Assembly: GCA_907165135.1 (NCBI GenBank)
Contig: OU015568.1
Span: forward strand, 1,054,001-1,118,000
Direction: 5' to 3'
Origin: Oikopleura dioica
Taxonomy: Eukaryota > Animalia > Chordata
DNA: 64,000 nucleotides
Under the pieces are notes generated by a model that worked only from the letters and a program-made list of their open reading frames with translations, was not told the origin of the DNA and did no database searches. Both the position numbers and the translations under genes were made by a program. Each line of letters starts with the position of its first letter. Within the stretch, counting starts at the first letter, position 1. This document shows positions 12,005-24,055 of the stretch, piece by piece.

Positions 12005-13196
12005 AACTTGCTGTCTCTTTTTTGATTGATAAATTTTACAACGGCTGTAAAGAAAGAATGCGCGAATTCCGCGCGCAAAAGTTAGTGGAATTTCACGCAC
12101 CACTGAATTGCCGCCGGCTATGTTAGACAGTGAAACCTGGTGGTGATAAGGGCAGACTAAAATAATGAAATCATTATTGGTAACGATGACGAAGCTTGGT
12201 ATATTTCTAGTGAGTTTGGGTGACAGTGATTAGCACCACTAAAAATTCGTAAATCTCTGCGCAAGCTTCATAATCTGAGCCGACTTACACGGTCATCCTT
12301 CGGTAATCGTCGGCTTTTCTTTTATCGTTACCAAGCTGATTCCTTGCCTTCGTCACATGAACTTTCCGAATATTATATTTTACGCACGTATTACGTTCTA
12401 CGTAAAAAGCGCCACTTACGTACTACAGATTGAATCAGTCAGTCAGTCATTTTCTGGGTATATAAAGCTGCCTGTTGATTGTTGGTCATTAGTGTCAATA
12501 ACAAAAAAGCGAAGAAAATAATAATAAAGCATCTCAAGAAGAGCATTCTTTTTCAATTCATTAAATAAACTCTCAAAAACAATATAATTTTTAAAAATGA
12601 ACATTTTCACTTCATTAAATCTCTTGATTTCAATTTCCGCCATCGCTCTACCAGCCTCTTCTCATCTGCGTAACAGCAGAAAATGTCAATGGTATCATCA
12701 ACGAGTCTCGTTTTCTCCTCGGGATCTCACTATCGTTCTTCAATTAAAAGGAAAACATATTCCTCTTCAACATGAATTCGTAAGTAAAAAAAGCGAACGA
12801 GAAAATATTCGAAAAAAATCTTCAATTTCCTATTAAGTGCGATCTTATTCATTCGGACTTTTCATGTTTACGAAAAGAGTTTCGTCATGAAGTTGTTAGA
12901 GCATGTTCCTTTCTTCGAAAAAATGGATGTGTTGGAGATAATACGCGTCGACTTCGTAGCAACGGTCGGAGTTTCAAGTGCGTATGCGACAAAGGCTACA
13001 GAGGAGACAAATGCGAAAAAATTAATGACTAGTTCATCTCCAAAATATAATTTCTAAATAACTGCTTCATAGTTTTTACTGAAAATTCGCCTGCTCGATA
13101 AAATCTCCCTCTTTTACATCTTCTACATTTTTTCAAGAAAAGACTGTTTTTTTGTCATTTTTCCGTAAATAAAGTCAATTTCCACAGGTCTCAACA

Positions 13197-13571
13197 TTGC
13201 ACCATCCAAGAATCTCCAAACATGCACTTGGCCCAAGCAATTCACCGTTGACTGTTTCTAATGATTTTTCACTTCGGCGAGGATTTTTTGCCCTCCTTTT
13301 ATATTCCTTACTTATAAACTTTGTAGGTGATAAAACTTACTTTGGTTCCCCCTCTCACAAATTGACAGGCAATACCGTACGCAATTTCGCAGAAAAGACG
13401 GCATTCATTGAACTCAACTCGGCAAATTCCAATGCATTCTGTCTGCAATTCTTGATCCCTTAACAATAAAAGTGACTGTCCTCTTCTTAAATTTTCTTAC
13501 GGGCATTCTGCTTCTTGCCTCTTGTATCCGTTCGAAAATTGAAGGAATAGATAAATTATATTTAATGTCAT
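13197..13571 (-). CDS. Small secreted Cys-rich protein (3' end unresolved)
   Basis: MTLNIIYLFLQFSNG signal-like start, GT-AG introns, exon DQELQTECIGICRVEFNECRLFCEIAYGIAC. Confidence 0.4.
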
Positions 13572-13712
13572 TTTTTGAGTGAAAACGACTCAAAAGTCAT
13601 CAAAGCAAATCTGATAGTCCAAATCAATTTAATAAATATGAAAATCATAAATTTTTCGTACACAAAATAAAAAATTCGACCTTCTGATATTTATTTGATT
13701 CGTTATTTATTT

Positions 13713-13753
13713 GGGGTACGCGTTTCGGCGACAATTGAGCCTTCATCAGCCCC
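13713..13753 (-). ncRNA. Minimal type I hammerhead ribozyme (inverted copy)
   Basis: Reverse complement reads GGGGCTGATGAAGGCTCAATTGTCGCCGAAACGCGTACCCC. It differs from the plus copy only at two stem II loop bases. Confidence 0.85.
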
Positions 13754-14211
13754 TAGTACAGATATAAATTTCACAGCTCAGAAAAATGAAAGAATACTCT
13801 CACTTAGAGTTGGACAATTTCGAATGAGATTGAAAGTTGAAAACAAAAGATGAAAACTCGCTTTCGCGGCAGATGTAATGGAGCGCCAGAGAAAGCGAGT
13901 TTCAAATTTCTGCTTCAAACACAAACTCGTTTCTGTTATCTCGAATCAACCGTACTACAAAGACCGTACTCTATGTGAAGCGTTTTCAATCAAATTAAAA
14001 GATCGAAGCTTAATTAAGCAGATCAAGTTCGCTGAAGTTAAATTTCTGTAATGGAGCATTTGAAACTCGCTTTCTCTGGCGCTCCATTACATCTGCCGCG
14101 AAAGCGAGTTTTCATCTTTTGTTTTCAACTTTCAATCTCATTCGAAATTGTCCAACTCTAGGTGAGAGTATTCTTTCATTTTTCTGAGCTGTGAAATTAA
14201 TATCTGTACTA

Positions 14212-14252
14212 GGGGCTGATGAAGGCACAATAGTCGCCGAAACGCGTACCCC
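14212..14252 (+). ncRNA. Minimal type I hammerhead ribozyme
   Basis: GGGG-CTGATGA-A-GGC(acaatagtc)GCC-GAAA-CGCG-TA-CCCC. Full catalytic core, stem I GGGG/CCCC, stem II GGC/GCC, palindromic ACGCGT stem III, GUA cleavage triplet (predicted cut after 14248). Confidence 0.85.
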
Positions 14253-14849
14253 AAAAAAATTTCGAATCAAATAATTATGAGAGGTCAACACTGACAATCT
14301 TCTGATATTTGTCTTGCTTATCACTGAGAAAAATCCAACAAATAAAAAATGATGAAAAGTAATTCGATAAGCCCATAAATGCCTTGATGAAATCGTAATT
14401 ATATCCGCTCGTCGATATTTTATAACCCGGCTTTGACAATAAAAAGACATTTGTTTTCCAAACGAAATTAATAAAAAAATATGGGTTCTGCTGCGAAATA
14501 AAACGACTCGCTATTATAGTTTTCATTTATAATTTGAAGTTATCAAATTTAATATTATGTTCGTGTTCAAATGTGACCCGGAAACTCTGTTTATAACCCT
14601 AATTTGTCAACCACAAAATAATTATCACTATCATTTGTCCACAATGATCATAATGACCAAATATGTCAAAATAAATTTGTCATAAAACTTTTCATTCGTC
14701 TGGCTACCATCGTTAACAAATCGCTAAATTAAATAAATAAAAATAAAGATGTCGCGGTCGAGTTCGATTGCATGCCCTTTTCCCTAGTAAAGAAGAACAT
14801 GATTATGATAAGAGAGTTCCAGATTTGTAAAAACAATAATTTTTTCAGA

Positions 14850-16907
14850 ATGAGGATTTTGGCATCGCTTGCCGCTCCGTTGGTTAGCGGCTCCCATTTT
14901 CGGGGAGGATCTTACCAGTACCGATATGATGCGGCGACAAATTCAATGACCGTTATAAGGTCGATGATTTGGAAAAGATATTCCGATAGCTACTCCGGCG
15001 GTTGCAGCGACCATCATGTTCAAAATGAAATCCCCAGCAAGTGAGAGTTCCCCTTTTTGAATATTTTTAATTGATATTCTCAAGCTCGGCGATAGACGAG
15101 AACATCTATTCACTTTCATCCGGGATTAAACTTCTTGGCCCGGGAAATTCTGGGACTTCGGGAAATTATATCGTGAATGAGATCGAAGACTCTTCTTTCA
15201 TACCATCAGGAGAGCATTACTGCGCCGGGTCTATAGAAGAGCAATTGGCCGGAAGCGTAAATGAGCCATTTTATCAGGTACAAATGGTTATTTTTACTAA
15301 AGTTTTATTTGATCCAAGGATGCAAGTAGCTGCTGCACCGTAACACTATACGACGATAATGGATCAAGTTGGAGCGGTAGTTTTCGGCTTCAAGCGACGG
15401 TATTCTTCCTTAATTTTATCATCCATCATCTATTTACCTCAGGTCTACGATATCACGAACAACTCCCCAGCTTTCAGGGCTCCAAGTCAGTTTACCGTAA
15501 TGACAGGCTGTGAGAACCAAGTGATTGAACTCAATCCAGTCGATTCCGACGGAGATACAGTCAGATGTAGATGGGCAACGTCTGCAGAAGCTGCTGACTG
15601 GCCTCCACCAGCTGATAAATCCTTCAATTCTTTCGAGTAAGAAATATGTGACATTCTTTCTTCTAAAGAGTAATAAGATTGGACGAGGAAAAATGTACAA
15701 TCACTTATCGGCCAGAATTTGACAACTACGAGCAAGGAATTCGGCCTATTGCTATTCAATTCGAAGATTTCGACGCGAATAACCAAATAAGGTTTTGTCT
15801 TATTTAACTCTTGGCCTAAAATATTTTTGAGATCATCTATGCCGGCACAGTTCATGATCAAAGTCTTTACTCCCACTCTCCCATCTGGTCGAAACCGCAG
15901 AACCGTGGACCTAACTCAGTACCCTCATTGCGAAGGATCTCCAACTTTCGACTCTCGATCTCCAGCAAACGGCGATCAGCTCAAAGTTCACCCAACAAAC
16001 GGAATCAATGTCAAGTTCTACGCCTCGTACATGCTCGGCACTTCTGGACCCTTCTACGATCTCGATCGATTCTCCGTCACGGGTCCTTCTGGCATGACCT
16101 GCAGTTCAGTTGACAAAGCTGAAGGATCGACAGAGTGTGACTGGACTCCAACTGCGTCTCAGATTCTGATCGGACTGCATGATGTCTGCGCGATGGCTTT
16201 CGATCCTATTCAGCGACCAAGCCCTCGGGTATGCATCAAACTCGACACAAATGCTGGCCCTGGAGATAGAAATTACTGGCTTGAAAGTCTCGCACCAGGA
16301 TTCGCTGGCGCCTTTTTGAACAATTATGGATGCCAGGTAAAAATCGAGATCCCTCTTCTCATTTCAAAGTTCATTCTAGGGGCGAGGTCTTTTTGAGCCT
16401 TTTTCTATCAACAAAGGAAAGCCCGTTGATGAAGTCGATATCTACCTAAACCAATGGAAAAAGTGCGCTCGCTGCTCTATCGATGTCTACAACAATACCG
16501 TCCCCGTTGATGAAGCTTGGATCTACCCTGTTCCCGAGAATAACGTCTGTGCCGACGATAATCTTTTCGAAAAGGCAATTTGCGAGTGTGACAAAGCTCT
16601 TGCTACAGCGCTCAGCGGACTTACGCCAGATCCGACTTACAGTAACTACGATTCTGTTATTCATTGCGGCGAAACTTTTACAGGAATTCGTTAGATAATT
16701 TTCGAATATTTCAATTCTCAAAATGATCTAGGAGGGAGGCATCCAGACCCAAAATGTTGCCAAAATGAACATGGCTACTTCCAGATGTATTCGATTCCGT
16801 CAGAGCATTGCTGTGAAAACAACAAACTTAAGCCGACCGGCACCTGCTCTTCTGATAATGGGTTCAGCTATCTCAACACGATCAAAACGTATCATCCAGA
16901 GCTCTAA
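14850..16907 (+). CDS. Secreted protein: SHFRGG-type N-terminal domain, Ig/cadherin-like middle region, degenerate PLA2-like C-terminal domain
   Basis: MRILASLAAPLVSG-SHFRGG; NNSPAF...GC...PVDSDGDTVRCRWA; NNYGC...GKPVDEVDIYLNQWKKC...KAICECDKALA; Cys-rich tail ending YHPEL*. Confidence 0.7.
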
Positions 16908-17530
16908 AAAACTATTTCAAAGCTTGTATACAGTATACTCCTGTCTCTTCTAAACTCTTCTATGTAATCATTAAAATAGAGAAACATCCTGTTTTTATTG
17001 ATTTCTATCAGTCAGCTTCCTCTTTGATGTAATCTCAGCCCTTTTCTTCTCAAGCCTTGTCCATAGATACTGAAGTACAGTAGCTCTTGCTGAGTCAGGA
17101 AGCCAAAACTTCCCGCCTAAATTTTTTGACAAAAAGTTTTTTCTCTGATCATACCTGGCGAACTATAAAGCTCCTCTAGAATCGCTCCCATATTAGTAAA
17201 GCCAGACATGTTTCCTGTTATAGAAGCGACAAGAGATATTAGATACAAAAGAAATCTAATTTTCATGATCTCTTATTCTGCATTTGTGAGCTTTTTTCTT
17301 CCCAACGATACAAGTCATAAAGACACAGATGCTCGTTATCAAATGTTAACCTTATAATCCTCAGAATCTGAATCTGTCAAAAAGGTGTGAAACCTTCCAG
17401 ACAAGAAAACATCGAGCTCATTGTTTTTACGATGCTCGAAACGGAAATTGCAAGACCAGAGCAGCTTAGCACTCGTTGCCCATCCCTCAGCGCTTGAATC
17501 CTGAAGCATGTCGAAATATTTGAAAAAAAA

Positions 17531-18341
17531 ATGCCGCGGCCAAAAGAGCTCGATTTTGCGAACGCACCTGCTACTTCCAAACCTGGATATCAGGTACCGC
17601 CTTATTTTTCGCCTCAAAATTGACGGTAGAATCAAAAGCCATGGTACATTCCAGCTTCGAATGCCGGATTCGGCGGGGATTTTTTCAAAAACTGCTCGAC
17701 TTGCGACGTTTCTTTGAGGTAGCATATATTTTAAGCGGCTTCTGAATGATTTCAGACCGGGGTTAATAAATGTCCGAGACAACAAAAAAGACGATCGCTA
17801 CAAAAAGCCCCAGCGCGAAGCTGTCATCGCAAAAATGCTAGACTCGATTGAAAAAGACACTGCTTTTCGCATCGATTACGTGGAAAAAGGCACTGAATTA
17901 CAGGTCATGTCAACTGTACGTCAATTCGTTTATGTATCGCGCTGCATGTGATAAATTCTCCTTTTAGCGGCCTCAACCAGAAATAAGGGATGAAGCCGAT
18001 TTGTCTGGTCCATTTGAGCTAGTCGTGCCGATTTCAGAAAGCGGCAATTTCGCGAAGTTTACCTGCAGAGGGGATAATACCAAGCTGACGTGTGGGGCTA
18101 TTGAAGCTCCTTACAAAGTAAAATAAATCTTGAAATCTTAGCTCAATTCTGTTTTCAGGAAAACGGTCGGTGGGCAATGACAAAACGATGGGTTCAATCA
18201 ATCGATCTTCCAAAAAACACTGTTGCCTCCACTATTTCTGTCACTGTAGAAAAGCAGAATAAGCGCTTCATCATCTCTGGTCAGACCCAGTTCGAGTCGC
18301 CTGCATTAAGTTCGCTTGATATTTCCATAAATTTGAAATAA
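17531..18341 (+). CDS. Possible small heat-shock (alpha-crystallin-like) protein
   Basis: Five short exons join in frame via GT-AG introns. The last exon, KRWVQSIDLPKNTVASTISVTVEKQNKRFIISG, resembles the ACD beta7-beta9 pattern. Confidence 0.45.
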
Positions 18342-18968
18342 ACGATAATACTCATTCATTTTTTTTTTACTTTATAACAGAGCTTTATGATAAGGTTTTT
18401 TTTAACTCTCACTTTTTCGGGCAGTCAAGAATTTGTCCATCATCAAGTGTCGTAGCTGAGCCTCTCTTAGCCCTTGATAATCATAGTCTTCGATATTCTG
18501 GGCTCGATAATCTTAATTTAACGTAAGTAAAAACCTAATTAATGATAAGGTTTCAAATCGGACTCACCCATATTTGGAAAAGCAGCAGCAAATGCGAAGT
18601 AAAAGACAAATAGCTTCATTACTCAATTTTCAAAAATAAGGTTTCAGTAATGAGAGCTTGCTTAAATACTGTTCGCTTTGAATAAATGATTATGAATAAA
18701 GCCTATCAGAAGAGTATTACCGAGCACTGAATTTTAATTTGATGACAGATTGCATACTGATAGACTACACGGTTTTTTCTCATTACTGAAAAAGAGGAAT
18801 AAATTGCCCTCTCGTCGTCTTTTGGCGGATAAAATGTTGAGCATTAATTATTCTCGTTAAAAACTCGCTTGAACGTGAAAGAGAAATCGTGAAACTCACG
18901 TCGAAGAATCAGAAATTTCCTTTTGGAAAGTTTGGAAAAGTTCTTTTTATGATTGAACAATATATTTT

Positions 18969-21574
18969 TCAACGAGGAGATGAGAGCGGAGAAAATTGCG
19001 ATCGAGTTCGTTCGATCGCCGTTAGAATATAAGAAATGATATCAGGATTGTTAATGTTTTCAAGCTTTGCTTCGATTCTTGATTCGATCAGTTTCTGTTC
19101 TTTCTCATCTGGAGATCGTCTCGAATCTAAAAATCATGATTTAGACGTTCTTGAAGGACTTTTTACCGAAAATTTCTTGATACTCTTGAACCATTTGCCA
19201 AATCTTGGTCACTGCCTCGGCTCTAGTATCATTATGAAAATGAAAGTTTCTGTAGCTACATTACTTTTCGATGATATTCTTCTGTTCTGAAGACGCAAGA
19301 CTTCTCAAGTCCGGGTTATTCTTCAGCTTTTCAACGGCATTCTGACTTTTGTACAGCCTTTTCGTGGTAACAGGAGTCAGTTTCAAGTCAACAACGATGT
19401 TTGATAGCCTTCTGTAGTCTTCTAGTCTTTCTTCTGCTTTTTCGAGGCTTTCTTTCTTAAAAATATCTTTGCTTTCCCTGTTTTTATAAGAGTACCTTAC
19501 CCATTTCGGATGATGAGAAACCGCCGGATTTTCAATGCATTTTGAATGAAGATTAAGAACGGCTTGGGATAGTTTTTGATAAGACGAAGAATCGCCAATA
19601 TTTCCTGAATAAAATTCGAGCTAATTATTAAAATATAAAAATAACTTACGAATAAGGGCAGCTTCAGCTTCCAAAACGGCATTTGCCTTTAAAAGAACTT
19701 GTTGACTCTGCTCTCCTCTGAACTCAGTTTCTTCAGGTTTAACGAAGAATTCGGCGTAGTGGGCTATTCGTTTAAGTCTTTGATAATTTTCAGCATCAAT
19801 TTCTCCGTTTATTCCTTTCTGAAGGTCGATTAGTTGAAGAACTCGCATTCCAGCGTCGGAGAGATTTCTTGATAAAAATTGATGAAAAAGCCTTTTCTCA
19901 AATTTTTTATAAATATAAACTGCGATTGTCAATTTTTCAATTTTTTCCTGATCTCCGAAGTAGCCACCTCGTTGCCGACGTAATATTGCAGCTCTTTAAT
20001 CACCTCCCTGACTTCAGCTTCAGTTCCTTTCTCGAAGACTACTTTGGCCAAGTTCTCCAGTTGATGGAGTTTCTCGTTGATGTCCGCATCGTATGTTTTC
20101 ATGCTGCAAGCTTCGAAGTCATTTTCGACAGGGACACTTTCGACATCGTAAATTTCATCATCGTCGATGTCTTGAATCGTTGTTGTTTTTGAAGAAGCTG
20201 GTGAGATGGCGCGTTTTCTGAAGTAATTTAAGCCTAACCCTGAAACTTGCTTCACCTTTTTCGAAGAACCAAGATGATAATGATAAGTATCAAAATTAAG
20301 ATAAGAATAAAAAGAGGGAGCCAAAATTTGAGAACACCTTTTTTCTTCTTCGTAAAGTTTTCGAGTCCATGAGAGAATTGCACGGTTTCCTCGCCAATCA
20401 GAAATTCGATTAGGTAAGATGTTTCTTCGTTAGAATTCTTGTTCGCGTTGCAGATTGCTAAACTCATCAATCCAGTTGTTGAGAAAATTTTCATTTGCAC
20501 TTCTTCGTTTCCATTTTTGGAATAAACAAGTTCGTCGTGAAGATTTTCTGAAGGAAAAAGAACCGTTTCAGAGTACCAGAATCGCAAGTCTTGAAAGTCG
20601 CTAACTGTTATTACGACCTCTTCCTCTTCAAGAATGAAAAAATAGTGACAAGATAAGCCAGAGAAAAACTTTCGTTGTTGATGACTTTTCGTGACGAAAT
20701 GAAATTTTAGTGAAAACTCAGAAATACTCTCTGGGATCGGCCTTTGTTCGATTGACGGGATGATTGGGAGAATTTCAATTCCTGATTCACTGCTGATTGA
20801 GGTGAAATTCGAGATGGTGTAGTTTTTTTCGAAGCCATCGGAAGCCAAAATGAGGTATTGTTTCTCGCACCCGGGAAAGTATTCTGCAGAAATAACATCA
20901 ATATTTTCTTTTATAACTGATCCTCCGCCGATTTGATTTTGTCCGAGAAAATCGTCCTCGAACTTTCTAAATTGGTGAATCGGCGAGTCCTCGTTGACTT
21001 CAGAAATCAAAATCGGCACATCGGCGAACTGAAAAACTTTCTGGTCCAGTACTCCGAGGTTCAGCGCAATTTCAGCGACGGCGAATGCCGACTGCTTTTG
21101 TTGCTCGAATTCGAGGACGGAAATAGACTCCGATCCATCAATTATTGAAATCAAGCAAATTTGAGGCGTTTCTTGTTCAAATGGGCAAATCGGTAAGGGG
21201 CTTTTGCTGATGATTTCTGTTGCATTCTTCGTTCTCCAAATTTTCTTCCTGCAGTTTTCTTGTCCGCCGATTGAATTAATGAAATCATTAATTTCTTCGT
21301 CATCGTACAGCTCGATTAATTCTTGAGCTCTTTCAAGAGGCGAATGAGAGTTTCCCCCGAAGATGTTCTTCGCGCAACCGAGATTGCCAAAATTACTTTC
21401 CACCAAAGCCGTCTTTTTCAAAAGCTCCAAATATTCGAATGGATACCTCGAACTCAATTTCTGAGCCACAGCACAGACGGTTTCAACCCCAAAGGATCCA
21501 TACTCGCGAGTGATATCTCTTGCTGGAATTATCTCGCCAAAAGTGGGGAGAAAGAAAAACAAGAAAATGCGCAT
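18969..21574 (-). CDS. Type I membrane protein: signal peptide, AxVES domain, VWA (MIDAS DGSES), TM, long cytoplasmic helical tail
   Basis: The 440-aa ORF does not end at 20252. A 38-nt GT-AG intron (LRK AG|gtgaag...ttcag|A AAA CGC) joins it in frame to KRAISPASSK... and further exons to about 18969. TM segment FWLPLFILILILILIIIILVL. Confidence 0.75.
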
Positions 21575-21679
21575 TCAGAATCCTGTTATTGTCGGTTTTG
21601 AAGCGCTCGAGCAAATCTTGCCGGTTAAAAATTCATCCATTGCATAATAACGTTTGAATTTTCAAATCGTATTTTTTTT

Positions 21680-22774
21680 TCAAAGATGCGTTGAAAAATA
21701 TTTGATCATGAACAAAACTAGAAATTTCTTAGTTGAAAACTTACCTGTTGATCCAGCGCCGATTGAAACCAAAGTATCCGTTATCCACTTTCTCGCCTTC
21801 TCACTTGCGACTTCAGCATAAACTCCTGGCGAAATTATGCTCGTCCCGGGAAAGTACTCGCCGCATCCGACTCCCCAAGACACGATTCCAGCAAGTTTGG
21901 GAACTCCTTGTCGCAAGACTACAGCTGGTCCTCCGGAATCTCCTTGGCAGCTGTCAATTCCCAGCTCAGCGTGGCTCGCGCAAAACTGATCATCAGAAAC
22001 AGTCAGGGGAACATAATCAGGGTCGTAGTCCGGCGAGTCTGGCTCGGTTATGTCAGCTTGCGCCAAGTGAAATCGATTCTTGCATTCTTCTTCAGTCAGA
22101 ACCTTGACTTTTGTTTCGAGCAAATCAGGAGAGAGCATTCCAGACTCAACATCTTTTGTTCCCCAACCGGCGATGTGAAGATTTTCTCCAGGAATGAGGG
22201 GTGAATCAAGAAGCTCAATTGCTTTGATTCCCAGTTCACTGCACTTCGAATCGAGATCTTCTGAAAGTTTGACCACGCAGAGGTCGTTTTTCAATCCACG
22301 AGTCGTGTCGTAATCCGGATGAATGACATATTTATCGACAGGGACCTTCAATCCTTTTCCATATCGCAAATGGCCGAAGAAAAAGTTTTCCCAAGGATTG
22401 TTTGGCTTTCCGTAATTTACGCAACAATGAGCTGCAGTCAACGCGGCTTTTCCACCAAGATAGAGCCCGCCACAGCCATCCGAGTGCCCGATAAAAGGCC
22501 AGTTGTCAATCGTTTCCACGGGCCAGCCGCCGACGATTTTAAACTCGAAATCCTTCTTGCTCATTCTGGACTCTTTCTTAGCATTCGCTCGCCCGATGAC
22601 AACAGAGCTGAGCTCATCCTTGTCAATCCCCATTTCAAGCAAGTTTTGAAGAAAAAAGTCATTCTGGCTCTCGACAAAAAGTTCTTTGAAATGACCTTTG
22701 TTGCAAGTCAATTTTCTGCTGTTCAAAATTTCAGCCGCTACAGAGCCGAAAATGATCGACTTTGCTATTTTCAT
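21680..22774 (-). CDS. Trypsin-like (S1A) serine protease
   Basis: K-IVGG activation site, TAAHC, NDLC, DSCQGDSGGP (Asp at S1), GIVSWG. Triad intact. Confidence 0.95.
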   Translation of the reverse strand: MKIAKSIIFGSVAAEILNSRKLTCNKGHFKELFVESQNDFFLQNLLEMGIDKDELSSVVIGRANAKKESRMSKKDFEFKIVGGWPVETIDNWPFIGHSDGCGGLYLGGKAALTAAHCCVNYGKPNNPWENFFFGHLRYGKGLKVPVDKYVIHPDYDTTRGLKNDLCVVKLSEDLDSKCSELGIKAIELLDSPLIPGENLHIAGWGTKDVESGMLSPDLLETKVKVLTEEECKNRFHLAQADITEPDSPDYDPDYVPLTVSDDQFCASHAELGIDSCQGDSGGPAVVLRQGVPKLAGIVSWGVGCGEYFPGTSIISPGVYAEVASEKARKWITDTLVSIGAGSTGKFSTKKFLVLFMIKYFSTHL

Positions 22775-23000
22775 GTTTTCTCTATATTTGAGCAACTCTC
22801 AGACTAGACTCACATTTCTGAGATGCTGAAGAAGCTCTAAAAGATCTTATCCAGCGGCAGCCATGTTTTCTTTCCAAGGAACAATTTCTCCAATTGATAA
22901 TTCAAACATCGCGCTTTTGAGAAAAGTGCAGCTGCTCCTTGATTTTTCAAAAAAAAAAAACGGCGGGTACGAACATAAAAAGAGCTCAAAGAGGGAAAGG

Positions 23001-23988
23001 ATGAAGATCTTTGGATTTTTCTGTGTTCAGGCGATTGCTGCTGAAGAAACCTGTAATGAGGGACTTTCTTCCAACTATTGTCGAACTCGAGGAAAAACTC
23101 TTGACAATGATAAGGTATTCCAATCTCATCATTTCTAGGCCTCGGACGTAAAAATCCATCACCATCATCGGAGCTTCGTATGGGATTGAGAATAGGCTCA
23201 TTCGAAAGCTCTTGAAGAGGGCTTTATTATGGGCAAATGAAAAAATTGGGCCCTGTCTCCCAGTTTTGAGTAATCAGCCTTTAAAGATAAAGTCGAAAAA
23301 CGTTTTTACGAAATAACTTGAAACAGGGAGACAGGGTCCAATTTTTTTATTTGCCGCCAAGAAAGTTCTCTTTAAGAGCTTTCGAATGAGCCTACTCTCG
23401 TCCTCATACGAAGCTCCGATGGTGAAAATCGATATTTTTACGTCCGAGGCCTAATCATTTCCAAAATAATGTGTTTCTAGCTCTACAACGATGCTGTGAA
23501 ACGATACCAAGAGCAGGAAGCAGAGTTCAACACCCTCGGCCAATGCTACAATGATATCAAAAACTGGGGCGCAACCCGTGAGCTGTCCCTTTTAAAATAT
23601 AGGAAAACTTATTTCTAGAGGGCGATCGCGAATGGGATTTCAAGGGATGCAAGGCTTCCGGCAAGTGCAGCCAAAAAAATCCTGATGGCAGTGATCCAAC
23701 TGATCAACAGAGTGAGGAGATTTAAAAAAATGAAACCTAACAGAAATTAAGTCCGAGATTGCTGCTTGAATAACGATTGGGACTACTTGTACTACTCAGT
23801 ACAGAACGTGACTATTTTTGGCCAAGAAACACTCAATCAAGCTGACGAACTCTACAACAGTAACAAAAAAGTAACAACTCATCTTTTATCATCTTTAAGA
23901 AATGCTGAACTTCAAGAACTGTATCGGAGATCACTGCGGAATCGACATCAAGCGATTTTTCTGATCATTTTCCGTGCTATCGTGAATA
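23001..23988 (+). CDS. Secreted Cys-containing protein of unknown function
   Basis: MKIFGFFCVQAIAA signal, five exons joined by GT-AG introns, ending CIGDHCGIDIKRFSDHFPCYRE*. Confidence 0.55.
23138..23451. mobile_element. MITE (314 bp, almost fully palindromic), TA target duplication, intronic
   Basis: TA|GGCCTCGGACGTAAAAAT...ATTTTTACGTCCGAGGCC|TA. The arms pair over more than 100 bp (ggagcttcgtatg, aggctcattcgaaagctct, ccctgtctccc). Confidence 0.92.
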
Positions 23989-24055
23989 AATCATCTTTAG
24001 TCAATCAAAAATTAAGGACTCAATGAAAACATGTTCTTAATTTTATTCATAATTT

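Larger units (their letters stand above)
13691..14298 (+). mobile_element. 5'-truncated Penelope-like retroelement fragment with inverted pseudo-LTR
   Basis: 217-bp arms 13691-13907 and 14058-14274 are near-perfect inverted copies. The spacer encodes CFKHKLVSVISNQPYYKDRTLCEAFSIKLKDRSLIKQIKFAEVKFL* (stop 14049-14051), which resembles a PLE GIY-YIG C-terminus. Each arm contains a hammerhead motif. Candidate 12-bp TSD CTTCTGATATTT at 13681-13692 and 14299-14310. Confidence 0.8.

Noticed and set aside
12597-12836. Plus-strand ORF with a signal-like N-terminus
   Set aside because: No downstream exons could be joined, and minus-strand readings are equally plausible.
17339-17509. Minus-strand ORF starting about 20 bp from the sHSP-like ATG
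   Set aside because: No convincing domain or exon chain, and too little room for two promoters.
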